Translations under genes and position numbers: made by a program
The notes under the pieces: generated by a model
What the model saw: only the letters and a program-made list of their open reading frames with translations
What the model was told of the DNA's origin: nothing
Databases searched by the model: none
NCBI GenBank assembly: GCA_030390025.1
Contig: CM059432.1
Span: 85,562,001 to 85,626,000, forward strand
Origin: Squalus acanthias
Taxonomy: Eukaryota
Reading direction: 5' to 3'
Length of the DNA stretch: 64,000 nt
In this document: piece after piece, positions 38,846 to 51,996 of the stretch
How the letters are laid out: each line of letters begins with the position of its first letter
Position numbering within the stretch: position 1 is the first letter of the stretch

Positions 38846-41800
38846 GAATCATAGAATGGTTACAGCACGGAAGAAGGCCATTTGGCCCGTCGAGCCCGTG
38901 CCAGCTCTCTGCAAGAGCACTTCAGCTAGTCCCACTCCCCTGCCCTTTCTCCATAGCCCTGCAAACTTTTTTCCTTCAGGTACTTATCCAACTCCCTTTT
39001 GAATGCCATGATTGAGTCTGCCTCCACCACCCTTTCATTCCACTCGCTGAAAAAAAAGTTTTCCCTCATGTCGCCTTTGGTTCATCTGCAATCACCTTAA
39101 ATCTGTGTCCTCTGGTTCTCGACCCTTCTGCCAATAGGAACAGTTTCTCTCTATCTATTCTGTCCAGACCCCTCATGATTTTGAACACCTCTATCAAATC
39201 TCTTCTCAATCTTCTCTGCTCCAAGGAGAACAACCCCAGTTTTTCCAGTCTATCCACATAACTGAAGTCCCTCATCCCTGGAATCATTCTTGTAAATCTT
39301 TTCTGCACCCTCTCTAAGGCCTTCACATCCTTCCTAAAGTGCGGTGCCCAGAATTGGACACAATACTCCAGTTGAGGCCGAACCAGTGTTTTATACAGGT
39401 TCATCATAATTTCCACGCTTTTGTACTCTATACCTCTATTCATGAAGCCCAGGATCCTGTAAGCTTTTTTAACTGCTTTCTCAACCTGCCCTGCCACCAT
39501 CAACGATTTGTGCACATATACCCCTAGGTCTCTCTGTTCATGCACCCCCTTTAGGATTGTACCCTTTAGTTTATATTTCCTCTCTTCCTTCTTTCTACCA
39601 AAATGTATCACATCGCACTTTTCTGCATTAAATTTAATCTGCCACGTGTCTGCCCATTCCACCAGCCTGTCTATTTCCTCTTGAAGTCTATCACTATTCT
39701 CCTCACTGTTCACTATACTTCCAAGTTTTGTGTCATCTGCAAATTTTGAAATTGTGCTCTGTACACCCACATCCAAGTCATTAATATATATCAAGAAAAA
39801 CAGTGGTCCTAGTACCGACCCCTGGGGAACACCACTTTATACCTTCCTTCAGTCCGTAAAACAACTGTTCTCTGCTACTCTCTGGGGGAGAAATTCAGTA
39901 TCGCCCCATTTGGGGCGCAATTATCGGCCGGGCGCAAAGATTAGCGCCTGGCACTAATTATCGCCACCGACTGCAAACTTGACTTTTATCGCCCCTGGAG
40001 GTGATTGGAGCGCTAAATCAGGCGCTTCACACCTGTCTTAAGGCGCAAAGGCCGAGGAGCGAGGCGCTACCTCAGAGCGCTGGCGAAGCTCATGTAATGT
40101 CAGTCAGCAATGGAACACACACACAATGGCACGGGCCAGTTCTTAAAGGGGATGGTTAATCTCACTTTCCATTCACATCCTGCTCATTGCAGCCTTGAAT
40201 CTCGGCCTGGAGAGACCTGCACATCAAATCTGCTGGAAAGAACAATGGAGAGTACCAGGCAAAGAGCTCAGAGTGCAGCCCCCACAGTCTCTTCTAAATC
40301 GATACAAGGAATGGCAAATCAAAATGAACCTGCAAAGTACTGCTCAGTACCCAAAACTCCTTCACACAACGTTGAAACTCTCCAGAAGTCTCTCTCTCTC
40401 TCTCTCAGAATGCGTAGTTCAAAAATGGCACCAACAATAAAAGGCAGGAAGCGGTCACCTTTAAATAGCGCTCCCCCTTTCCCTTCATGACTGCAGAACG
40501 CTCCACTCAAACTGTCGTTGCTAGCGTCAGGCGGTAAGGCAGGGGGAGCCACTCAATATCCGCTCCGGGGCGATACTGGGGCGTTGCGCACTCGACTGAC
40601 GTCACGATCTGCCGGCGCAGGAGATCGTGGCGGTAGTGTTTAGCGCCGCCGCAAAATGTCTAGTTAATTTCGCGAGCGGCGCAAACTTCGCCCCGCCTGG
40701 GCGCTAGATGCTTTGCGCCCCATTAGCGCCCTCTTAAGGCGCTAATGGGAGGCGCAACCAACTGAATTTTTCTGTTTCCTATCACTTAGCCAATTTTGTA
40801 TGCATGCTGCCACTGTCCTTTTTATTCCATGGGCTTCAACTTTGTGGCACTTTGTTGAATGCCTTTTGGAAATCCATGTACGCCACGTCAACCACATTGC
40901 CCTCATCAACACTCTCTGTTACCTCATCAAAAAACTGAATCAAATTGGTTCAACACGATTTACCTTTAACAAATCCGTTCTGGCTTTCCGTAATTATTCC
41001 ACACTTGTCCAAGTGACTGTTAATTTTGTTCCTGATTATTGTTTCTGAAAGCTTCTCCACTACCAAGGTTAAACTGATTGGCCTGCAATTGTTGGGTTTA
41101 TCTTTACACCTTTATTGAACAAGGGTGTAACATTTGCAGTTCTCCAGTCCTCTGGCAACACCCCTGTTTCTAAGGAGGATTGGAAAAGTATGGCCAGTAC
41201 CTCCGCGATTTCTTCCTTCACTTCCCTCAGCGTCCAAGGATGCATCCCATCTGGTCCTGGTGACTTATCTACTTTAAGTACAGCCAGCCTTTCTAGTACC
41301 ACCCCTTTATCAATTTTTATCCTATCCAGTATCTCCTCTACCTCCCCCTTCACTATATTTATGGCAGCATCTTCTTCCTTGGTGAAGACCGATGCAAAGT
41401 ACTCATTTAGCACCTCAGCCATACCCTCTACCTCCATGCGTAGGTCTCTTTTTTGGTCCCTACTCGGCCCCACCCCTCCTCTTACTACCCGTTTACTATT
41501 TATATGCTTATAGAAGACTTTTGGATTACCTGTGGGTTTTTTTTTTCACTTCTCCTCTGAACTTTCTATATTTTGCCTGATTCTCAGATGTATTCTCGAC
41601 CTGACATCTGTCATACACGCTCTTTTTCTGCTTCATCTTACTTTCTATCTCTTTCGTCATCCAGGGAGCGCGAACTTTAGTTACCCTACCTTTCCCCCTC
41701 GTGGGAATGTAGCTTGACTGTACCCGAACTATTTCCTTGTTAAAAGCAGCCCTTTGTTCGATTACAGCTTTGCCTGTCAATCTTTGATTCCAATTTACCT

Positions 41801-42195
41801 GGGCCAGATCCGTTCTCATCCCACTGAAATTGGCCTTCCTCCAATTAAGTATTTTTACTGTAGATTGCTCCCTGTCCTTATCCATAGCTAATCTAAACCT
41901 TATGATACGATGATCATCGTTCCCTAAATGTTCCCCTACGGACACTTGCTCCACTTGACCTACCTCATTCCCCAGATCCGGCAATGACTCCTCGTTGGGC
42001 ATGAAACGTACTGATCAAGAAAGTTCTCCTGAACACACTTCAGAAATTCTTCACCCTCCCTGCCATTTACACTATTATTATCCCAGTCTATATTAGGATA
42101 GTTGAAGTTCCCCATTATCACTACTCTATAGTTTTTGCATCTCTCCGTAATTTCTCTGCAAATTTACGCCGCCATATTTTTCCCACTAGTTGGCT
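38846..42195 (-). mobile_element. CR1 (second subfamily) ORF2 with deletions, interrupted by a MITE
   Basis: KFADDTK, KSPGPDGMHPWTL; 3' tail ttctatgattc; same subfamily as 57105-59800. Confidence 0.9.
39884..40770 (+). mobile_element. Harbinger MITE, copy 1 (right TIR lacks 6 terminal nt)
   Basis: gggggagaaattcagt ... actgaatttt; TSD TCT; near-identical to 61812-62693. Confidence 0.92.
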
Positions 42196-42269
42196 GCGGA
42201 TTATCAAGACCATTGGCTTCGCACCCAACTATTCAAATATTCATTTTCTCTGTCCTCCTATCACATATT

Positions 42270-43021
42270 GTTGAAGGCCAACGGAATGTTGGCTTTTATT
42301 GCTAGGGGGATAGATTATAAAAACAGGGAAGTATTGCTGCAGTTATATAGGGTATTGGTGAGACCGCACCTGGAATACTGCATACAGTTTTGGTGTCCAT
42401 ACATAAGAAAAGACATACTTGCTCTCGAGGCAGTACAAAGAAGGTTCACTCGGTTAATCCCGGGGATGAGGGGGTGGACATATGAGGAGAGGTTGAGTAG
42501 ATTGGGACTCTACTCATTGCAGTTCAGAAGAATGAGAGGCGATCTTATTGAAACATATAAGATTGTGAAGGGGCTTGATCGGGTGGATGCGGTAAGGATG
42601 TTCCCAAGGATGGGTGAAACTAGAACTAGGGGGCATAATCTTAGAATAAGGAGCTGCTCTTTCAAAACTGAGATGAGGAGAAACTTCTTCACTCAGAGGG
42701 TAGTAGGTCTGTGGAATTTGCTGCCCCGGGAAGCTGTGGAACCTACATCATTAAATAAATTTAAAACAGAAATAGACAGTTTCCTAGAAGTAAAGGGGTT
42801 ATGGGGAGCGGGCAGGAAATTGGACATGAGGCTGAGTTCGGATCGGTCAAGGCCCTGTGGGTGGCGGAGCGGGCCCAGGGGCTGAGTGGCTGGGTCCTGC
42901 TCCTACTTCTTGTGTTCTTTAGATTTGAGGTTAGGATCAGATCAGCCATGATCTTATTGAATGGCGGAGCAGGCTCGAGGGGCCGATTGGCCTACTCCTG
43001 CTCCTATTTCTTATGTTCTTA
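42270..43021 (+). mobile_element. 5'-truncated CR1, same subfamily as 23830
   Basis: KANGMLAFIARGI...LVRPHLEYC; doubled 3' UTR module. Confidence 0.92.
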
Positions 43022-43319
43022 TATCCGTGTTCTGCTACAGATAAATCCAGCCCATGGACAGTTCCAAAGTCTCAGTTAACCAAACTATAGTTGAAGATTG
43101 AGGGATGAAATTCTCTCCCTTCCAAGCATTCAAACTGAGCTTGTAAATGGTGTTGAAAATGTCACGGTCAAGTCTGGCCAGGGGTCAATTCTAACCATTC
43201 ACACTGGGCAGCAAACAGGCAGCTGCGGCCAGCCACTCATTCCATACCTCGCCCGATTTGAAGTCATTGGAAAGGAAAATCGGGTGGGGTGCAAAAATGG
43301 GCAGCCAACCCCCCGCCTT

Positions 43320-43578
43320 GTTAGCCTTTATTGCAAGGGGGTTGGAGTATAGGAGTAAGGAAGTCTTGCTGCAATTATATAGTGCTTTGGTGAGACCACA
43401 CCTGGAGTACAGTGCACAGTTTTGGTCTCCTTACCTTTGGCCGGGTCCTGCTCCTACTTCTTGTGTTCTTTAGATTTGAGGTTAGGATCAGATCAGCCAT
43501 GATCTTATTGAATGGCGGAGCAGGTCAAGGGGCCGTATGGCCTTCTACTGCTCCTATTTCTTACATTCTTGTGTTCTT
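43320..43578 (+). mobile_element. CR1 fragment with internal deletion or chimeric 3' end
   Basis: LAFIARGLEY...QFWSPYL joined directly to the 3' UTR. Confidence 0.75.
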
Positions 43579-43579
43579 A

Positions 43580-44480
43580 CAGGAGGTTAGCCAGGAGAGC
43601 ATTAGAATAGTTGCGGTAACAAAAGCATGGATGAGGGTTTCAGCGGCAGATGGGCTGAGGCAGGAGCAGATATGGGCGATATTACGGAGGTGAAAATAGG
43701 CAGTCTTTGGTGATGGAGAGGATATGGGGTCGAAAGCTCAGATCAGGATCAAATCGGTCGCAGAGGTTGTGAATAATCTGGTTCAGTCTGAGACAGTGGC
43801 CATGGAGCGGGATGGAATTGGTGGCTAGGGAATGGAGTTTGTGGTGAGGACCGAATACAATGGCTTCAGTCTTCCTAATATGTAATTGGAGGAAATTTTG
43901 GCTCATCCAGGACTGGATGCCAGGCAGGCAGTTTGACAACACAGAGGAACTGCAGGGGTCGAGAGAGGTGGTGTCTAGGTAGAGCTGGGTGTCATCAGCG
44001 TACATGTGGAACCTGACATATGTTTCGGATGATGTTGATGAGAAATAGGAGTGGGCCATGGATATATCCTTGGGGGACTTCAGAGATAACAGTGTGGTGG
44101 CGGGAAGAGAAGCCATTTCAAGAGATTCTCTGGCTACAACTGGATACATAACAGTGGAACCAGGCGAAGTGAGACCCACTCAGCTGGACAACGGAGGAGA
44201 GGCATTGGAGAAGGATATTGTGGACAACTGTGTCAGACTACAGACAGGTAGAGAAGAATGAGGAGGGATAATGCACCACGATCACAGTCACATAGGATGT
44301 CATTTGTTACTTTGATCAGTTTCAGTGCTGTGGCAGGGGAGGAAATCTGATTGGAGAGTTTCAAACATGGAATTGCGGGAAAGATGGGCATGGATTTGGG
44401 AGGTGACAATGTTTTAAAGGAACTTGGAGAGGAAAGGCAGTTTGGAGATGGAGTGGTAGTTTGCAAGGAAAGAGGAGTCA
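43580..44480 (-). mobile_element. L2 RT fragment
   Basis: FHMYADDTQLYL...WMSQNFLQL.IRKTEAI; LIKVTNDIL. Confidence 0.8.
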
Positions 44481-44694
44481 AGGATCTGTTATTTGAATGG
44501 GATATAAGTGCTTACCTTTTCCCCTTGTTATAAGAACAATGGCAGGCCTTCAAGGCGGAGATAGTTTGGGTACAAACCAAGCATATTCCCATAAGGAGGA
44601 AAGATGGGGCATCCAAAGCTAGAGCTCCCTGGATGACAAAGGAAATATAGGTTAAAATAAAACAGCAAAAGGAGGTTTATGACAAATGCCAGGT

Positions 44695-45475
44695 TTTTTT
44701 TAATTCGCTTATAGGATCTGGGCGTCGCTGGCAAGGCCAGCATTTATTGCCCATCCCTAGTTGCCCTTGAGAAGGTGGTGGTGAGCCGCTTTCTTGTACC
44801 GCTGCAGTCTGTGTGGTGAAGGTACTCCCACAGTGCTGTTAGGTAGGGAGTTCCAGGATTTTGACCCAGCGACGATGAAGGATCGGCGATATACTTCCAA
44901 GTCAGGATGGTGTGTGACTTGGGGGGGAACTTGGAGGTGGTGGTGTTCCCATGCGCCTGCTGCTCTTGTCCTTCTAGGTGGAAGAGGTTGCAGGTATGGG
45001 AGGTGCTGCCGAAGAAGCCTTGGTGAGTTGCTGCAGTGCATCTTGTAGATGGTACACACTGCAGCCACGGTACGCCAGTGGTGGAGGGAGTGAATGTTTA
45101 AGGTGGTGGATGGGGTGCCAATCAAACGGGCTGCTTTGTCCTGAATGGTGTCGAGCTTCTTGAGTGTTGTTGGAGCTGCACTCATCCAGGCAAGTGGAGA
45201 GTATTCCATCACACTCCTTACTTGTGCCTTGTAGATGGTGGAAAGGCTTTAGGGAGTCAGGAGGTGAGACGCTCGCCACAGAATACCTAGCCTCTGACCT
45301 GCTCTTGTTACCACAGTATTTATGTGGCTGGTTCAGTTCAGTTTCTGGTCAACGGTGACCCCCAGGATGTTGATGGTGGGGGATTCGGCGATGGTAATGC
45401 CGTTGAATGTCAAGGGGAGGTGGTTAGACTCTCGCTTGTTGGAGATAGTAATTGCCTGGCACTTCTGTGGCGCGA
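44695..45475 (-). mobile_element. LINE 3' fragment (CR1/L2 group, distinct family) with A-rich tail
   Basis: MEYSPLAWMSAAPTTLKKLDTIQDKAARLI...SWNSLP; TSD AGGT. Confidence 0.8.
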
Positions 45476-46132
45476 AGGTACAGAATACAATCGAAAACCA
45501 GGCAGAATACAGAGAGTGCAGGGGGAAATTGAAAAAGCATATAAGAAAGGCAAAGAGAGAGTATGAGAAAAGATTTGCAGGTAACATAAAGGGGAACCCA
45601 AAAATCTTATATAAACATATAAGTAAAAGGATAGTTAAAGGAATGTGGGGCCGATTAGGGTCAAAAAGGAAATCTTCTGGAGGCAGAGGGCATGACTGAG
45701 GTACTGAATGCACCTGTCTTCACAAAAGAGGATGAAGTTAATGTTGGAGTAGAGAAGGAGGGAGTAGAGATATTGGATAGGATAAAGGTAGATAGAAAGG
45801 AGGTGCTAAGTAGGTTGGCATCACTCAAAGTTAACAAGTCACCCAGTCTGGATGTGATGCATCCTAGGTTGCTGAGGGAAGCTAGGATGGAGATAGCAGA
45901 AGCTCTGACCACAATCTTTCAATCCTCCTTGAATATTGGAGCAGTGCCAGAGGACTGGAGGGTTGCAAATGTTACATCCCTGTTCAAAAAAGTGGAGAGG
46001 GATAAACCTGGTAACTACAGGACAATCAGTCTAATGTCAGTGGTGGGAAAACCACTCGAGACAATTGTCAAGTACAAAATTAATTCTCACTTGGAGAAGC
46101 ATGGGTTATTAAGGGACAGCCAGCATGGATTT

Positions 46133-46446
46133 TTTTTAATTTGTTTATGGGATGTGGGCGTCGCTGGCAAGGCCATCATTTATTGCCCATCTCTAGTTGC
46201 CCTTGAGAAGGTGGTGGTGAGCCGCCCTGAACCGCTGCAGTCTGTGCGGTGAAGGTACTCTCACAATGCTGTTAGGGAGGGAGTTCCAGGATTTTGACCC
46301 AGCGACGATGAAGGAACGGCGATATACTTCCAAGTCAGGATGATGTGTGACTTGGAGGGGAGCTGGAGTTCCCATGCGACTGCTGCCCTTGTCCTTCTGG
46401 GTGGTAGAGGTCGCAGGTTTCGGGAGGTGCTGCCGAAGAAGTCTAA
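46133..46446 (-). mobile_element. Second, shorter copy of the same LINE 3' end
   Basis: Similar to 44695-45020; TSD ATTT. Confidence 0.8.
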
Positions 46447-47237
46447 ATTTGTTAAAGGCAAATCGTGTCTGACTAACCTGATTGAGTTATTTGATGAAGT
46501 AACAAAGAGGGTTGATGAAGGTAGTGTAGTAGATGTATATCTATTATCATGGTAGTAAAGGGACTGTGGTAACTTGAGTTCGAAATTGGCTAAGGGATTG
46601 GAGGCAGAGAGTAGTGGGGAACGGATGTTTTTCTGACTGGAGAGAAGTATGTAGTGGGGTCCCCCAGGGGTCAGTATTAGGACCAGTGCTTTTCTTATTA
46701 TGTATAAATGATCTGGACTTGGGTATAGGGAGTACAATTTCAAAGTTTGCAGACGATACAAAACTTGGCAAAGTACTAAATAGTGAGCATGATAGTAGCA
46801 GACTTCAGGAGGACATAGACAGACTGGCGAAATGGGCAGACACATGGCAGATGCAATTTAATGTGGCTAAGTGTGAAGTGATGCACTTTAGGAGAAACAA
46901 CATAGAGAGGCAGTATAATCTATTTTGAGGGGTGTGCAAGAACAGAGGGACCTGGGGCTGCATATTCACAAATCTTTTGAAGGTGGCAGGGCAAGTTGAG
47001 AAGATGGTTAAGAAAGCGTATGGGCTACTTGGCTTTGTAAATAGATGCATTGAATACAAAAGCAAGGAAGTCATGCTAATCCTTTACAAATCTCTGGTTA
47101 GGCCTCAGCTGGAGTATTGTGTACAATTCTGGACACCACACTTTAGGAAGGATGTCAAGACCCTGGAGAGGATACAGAGCAGATTTAACAGGATAATACC
47201 AGGGATAGGAGAGTTCATTTATGTGGAGAGAGTGTAA

Positions 47238-48019
47238 GGGCGCGAAATTTGGTTACACCCCGTTTGGGGGCGGTAACCAAATTAGCGCCGGACATTTAGC
47301 TCCTGGCGCAGAAGTACCGCCCCGGCCATTAAATTCGGCTTACCGCCCTAGAGAAGAAGTGGAGCGCTATCTCAGGCATGCCACTTCCTCTCGGGGCGGT
47401 ATCGGAGGAGCAAAGCGCTCGAACGCCGGAGCGCTACGCGTAGCGCTGATGCGTTTCACCGTCCCTCCACTTCCGTTAAAGGGGTGGGACGCTGCGAGCC
47501 CTGCAGGGCCTCCGATGGCCACCAGGGCGGCGGGGTGCGATGGTGGCCATGGACCCGCCAAGGGCCGCCACGAAGGACCGACCTGGAGGTCGGCCAAAAG
47601 AAGAAAATAGCAGCGCGGGTCGCAGCCGCACCTCCCCTTTAAATACCGCCATGCGAGTGGAGGTCGGCCCGGTTCGCGACCCGCAAGGCTGGCGCTGACA
47701 TCGTCCGTGGTAGCCTCGCGGGGTGCAGCCGAATTTCTGCCGCAGGACGGTAAGGGGCCGTGGCAAGGCGCTAAGTGGTCGCGTCGCTTGGCGATGACAT
47801 CATCGACGGCAGTGCAGCGGCCCGTGGCGCTACTGGTGAGGCAAGGGGCTACCGGCGGGGCACGGCGCTATCGGCTAGCGCCTCAGCAGTGCTTCACCGA
47901 CTTTCTCGGGAGGTGCTATTATCGCGCCCCCACCCCCTCTGGGCGATAAGCCCTTTGTGTCCCGTTAGCGCCCCCTGGAGGCGCTAATGGCAGGCGCAAA
48001 GGAGCCGAATTTCACCCCC
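47238..48019. mobile_element. CpG-rich Harbinger MITE
   Basis: TIR gggcgcgaaatttgg / ccgaatttcaccccc (12/15); canonical TSD TAA. Confidence 0.88.
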
Positions 48020-49847
48020 TAAAACTCTAAAGTAAGTGTGTTCTACTCTAGTATAGCATACAACTTCTATTAGTACACCTCAATGCAATTGCAACCAGTC
48101 CATCTGCTGCACATTGTTACTTCTTTCAGACATTTCCTGTTCACTGTTAAGCTAGATTCCCTGCTACTATAATTTTAGAAACTTTTATTTCAATGTGCTC
48201 CAGTGAGTCTTTTGTGTGTATATATAAATCCATAGCAGTTGGGTTTGGATGAACTGCTCAAGCTTACCTCCACACTAAGCTAAGGAAAAGTTAGTGCCTG
48301 CTGAGTACACAGTAGTACCCAGCCAATATTAGCATTCTTGGCTCCGGCTTCTCCAAATTTGCATCCAGGTTGGTCTGAACCTCTAACTTCTATATCAGTG
48401 AATAGAGCCATTGAGGGCTATTCCAGTAAATCATATCATTGGAGAAGGTTGGATATGAGCAGAAAACATGGAGGGAAAATCACTAAATTCAACATTCCTA
48501 GATATCCTTTTGTTTTTAAAATAGCACATGCAGTGGAGTACTTTTTATTGAACACACTCACACTAGGCGTACTCTTTTAAAATTCAGAAATAGGATCAGT
48601 ATTGCCATTGTCTATGCAGTAAATATGTGTCCACTTTATGCCTGGCTGCCAGACAGGCAGAAGGCATACGCCTGCAATAATTTGAACCCACCTGTGTTTC
48701 AGGTCACTTACGTAGGTCAGACAAGGCTTTGCGCATGGAGGCAGGGGAGGAAAGTCAGCCTGATAGACCTGCTGCAACAGGAATGGCTGCCGGCATCAGA
48801 ACCTTCTGACTACTGTACAAAAACAGCAACCTGAAGGACTACAGCACCAATTCCTGTCCCAGAACAAAAGAAAGGGACCTATCTTAGACTATGCTGTCTT
48901 TGCTGCCTGCCTGTCTCTGATCCTTCATTTGGAAAGGGGTTGGGAAGAGGCCCTAAAGCCCATTTTTTCTGAGCACCTTCAAAATGGGAAAGTTAGTGGT
49001 GTTGGGGCAGGAAAATGAGGCATCAGGGCTCGGAATACCCCCTCCTGTCTCATTGCCATGGCAGCCCTTAGCCTGTGCCAATTGTAGCTGCAGGCACTCA
49101 GCTCCTTCTTTCCCCTCACAGGAAACCCCAGGTATCCTGGGACAACATAAAGGGGGCAGACATCCAGCATCTCCATCCCTTTTTTATGTATTTTGTACCT
49201 GGGAAATTAATCCCCAGGCACAAAGCACAGGGAAAGCAATCCCATTATGTTTCGTTTTACAATAAATCTTAATCATTGAATTAATTTTTGTATTTCCTGC
49301 ATGTCACTTACTTTCATTGTTGAGTTTTATCTGTTCTGATACATTTAACTTGAAATCAGAGTGTTTTTGTTTTATTATGAAGTGCCACTTATTAAATTGA
49401 TTAATTATAATTATGATGAAAGGTTTGTTGTTGACCTCTTATATTGTAGGCCACTTAATCTAATCACTGTAATAAGACAGCTTCATTCTAATACATAAAT
49501 GAAGATACTGCTTGTGAAGAGCTTCCTCAGCAAAAAAATTCTAATTAAATCATGGTCAATTTGTAGCTACCATAAAGGTTTTCTACCATGCAGGGACTCT
49601 TGTTCATCATGACAGCATGCTATTATTGTGTTAATGAAGAAAGAAGCCTATTGAGTCAGCTTATTGCCATGATTGATAGACATCCCAGGCGGCTTTGAGT
49701 CTAGTTCAAAGCTGCAGTATACTGAAGGGAGCTTGGAAATACTAGAGGGTAGATTTTCCTCTCCAGAACCCTCTGGCCATACTGGAGGTGTGCCACAATT
49801 GTCATGGCCCGGGCACACTGCTGGCACATTGTGGCTGCTGCTGCTAC

Positions 49848-50530
49848 AGAGGGAGGGGAGATAGGAGTGGGGAGAGAGGGAGAGGGGAGAGGAAGGGAGG
49901 GGTACATGGAGAAGGGGTAGGGAAGGGGAAAGGAGAAGACAGGAAGGGACAGAAGAGGTCATTCCAGAGAGGAGGGGAGAGGAGAGACAGAGCAGGGGAG
50001 AGTGGTGAGGAGGGGAATGGAAAGCAGAGAGAAGAGAAAGAGATGGGGAAGGGAATAGGTGGGGGAGGGGTAGAGGAAGTGGGGGAGGCTGGAGAGCAGG
50101 AGAAGGGGCGATGTGGAGAGGAAGAGACGAGGGTAGGGCAGTGAGGAAGGGGAGACACAGAGAAGAAGAGAAGGGGCGAGTAATAAGCAGGCAGATAGGC
50201 AGAGAAAAGGGGAGAGGGAAGGGAAGAGAGGAGGGAGGGGCAAGAGGAAGGGAGGTAGAGAGGAGGTAGTGAGGGGAGAGAGAGAATGGACAAGAGGAAA
50301 AAAGCAAAAGAGGAAGGAAGGAGGAGGGGCAGGCATAGAAAGGGAGGTAAAAGGGGAGTGATGAGGTGGGTGGGAGTGGAGAGGGTGAAGGGGAGAAGTG
50401 AGAGCAATATGGAGCAGGAGAGGAGAGGCAGTAAGGCAGACGAGGGGATGGATGATTTTGGGGACAGTTGAGGGGAATGGGAGGATGGAGAAGGGGCAGG
50501 GGACAAAGGATGGAGATGGAGGAGAGGGGG
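49848..50530 (+). repeat. Purine-rich (GA) low-complexity tract
   Basis: ~680 bp that is mostly G/A on + with many GGG runs. Confidence 0.9.
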
Positions 50531-51996
50531 GGCTAGTGGGGATCAGGCAGGCCACAGTTAGCGGGGAGGGGGCAGTGCTGGCGGCTAGATAACATGCTCA
50601 GTAATGGGCTTATGGGTGAAAAACTCTTCGTAGGTGAGGGGGCTGGGTAGGAAACTGTCCTGATTGCAGCCAGACTGCTTCACTGAGGGAGATTGCAGGT
50701 GGGAAACTGTCTCAGTGGGGAGGCGGGTATTGCGAGCCACAGCATAGGCACTAGGGTTTCCTCGAACAAATACCTGCTCAGCAACCACACAGCATGGGGA
50801 GCTTCACCTAACCAAGGCGGCCATAATAAAGGGGGCCAGCGAGTCCGGAGAGAAGTGCAGGGAAGCTGGACTTCAGCTGTGGCAGCTGCACCAAAAGTTG
50901 AGCACTGACCTGAAAGTGCCAACGCCAAGTCAAAGCTGGGGGTGCAGATCGGGAGAGCAGGGTGGTCCACTGACTGTCCTGGGGGTTAAAGCATGATACG
51001 CAAATGGATGACAGGCAAGGCAACTTCGCAGAGGGGCTTGCAAAAATATAATAGTGGGCCAGGATATGGGTCTAATATAAGAGGCCGAATAGGAAACTGG
51101 ATGAGAAGTTGAAAAATGTTCTGAGCAGCAAATGTCTTTATAGCTAAGGAAAGACAAAATTAAAAATATCCTTGTTGTCAAAGGAGAGTGGGGGTGGGGT
51201 CAATTAATGTCCTGCACATGGAATAAATCAAAATTTATTGGTTTACCACAAACTGATACTTACCCCAGTTTGTAAGCTTCTGTGATCCAGTAGAAGCGTT
51301 GCTATAGTGGTCAGGGATGGAAAGACAATGTAGACTCTTTTGGACAGTTGACTATTGCATGTGTTTTATAAAACATGTAACATGACAGCCACAGTACCAG
51401 CCACCTGCATAACAGGTACTACAGGAATGTTGTGATTCACCCAGCTGGTTAGAAAAGAAGGCTGCAAAATTCGGCTCTGTAGCACCCGTTGTTTGGGCGC
51501 TACGGGTGCTGATTCGGGTCCAAAATGGTGTCCGTGGCACACGCGCACACTTGTGGTACTGGCTGCGCTAGACACCATCTTAGCGCGGGCGCAGGGAACG
51601 TGCACCGAAAGTATACAGGGTAGGCAAATCGTGACATCAATCAGCAGGCAACACTCATTTGATGCCAGTGTTTTCATTTTGGAGCTCAACGCTCCAGCTA
51701 ACGCCCTATCTTAAACACATACAGTTGAACACGCCTTCAGCAGCAGGTAGGACCCGCCCGCCAGCGCTATTTAAAGGGATCATCAACTACTTACAGGTTA
51801 GTTGCTGATTGATTTCTACTGGCGGTTGCTGTGTTTGTAGAGATTGATTTCTACTGGCGGTTGCTGTGTTTGTAGAAGTGTTTGGTGCTTTGTACAGTTA
51901 TTTAAAGTTGCTAAAGTCCAGAGAGAGTGGTCTGGCAGGTGCTGAAGGACTTTGTCCTGACTTCAAGGATTCTGCACAGACCACTTACTTCAAGAC

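Larger units (their letters stand above)
44490..47234 (+). mobile_element. Decayed CR1 ORF2 carrying two LINE insertions
   Basis: KSPSLDVMHPRLL, SGVPQGSVLGP, KFADDTK. Confidence 0.85.

Noticed and set aside
40110..40490. Repeated 126/135-aa ORF (also 62038-62445) as a novel gene
   Set aside because: Lies within young MITE copies, has different stops and no domain; its conservation reflects recent copying
49648..50555. Long Pro/Ser/Leu-rich ORFs (198-220 aa)
   Set aside because: Artefact of the stop-poor purine tract, open in several frames
51807..51876. 35-bp tandem duplication (also a 31-bp one at ~54998-55069)
   Set aside because: Two-unit local slippage with no spacers; not an array or CRISPR
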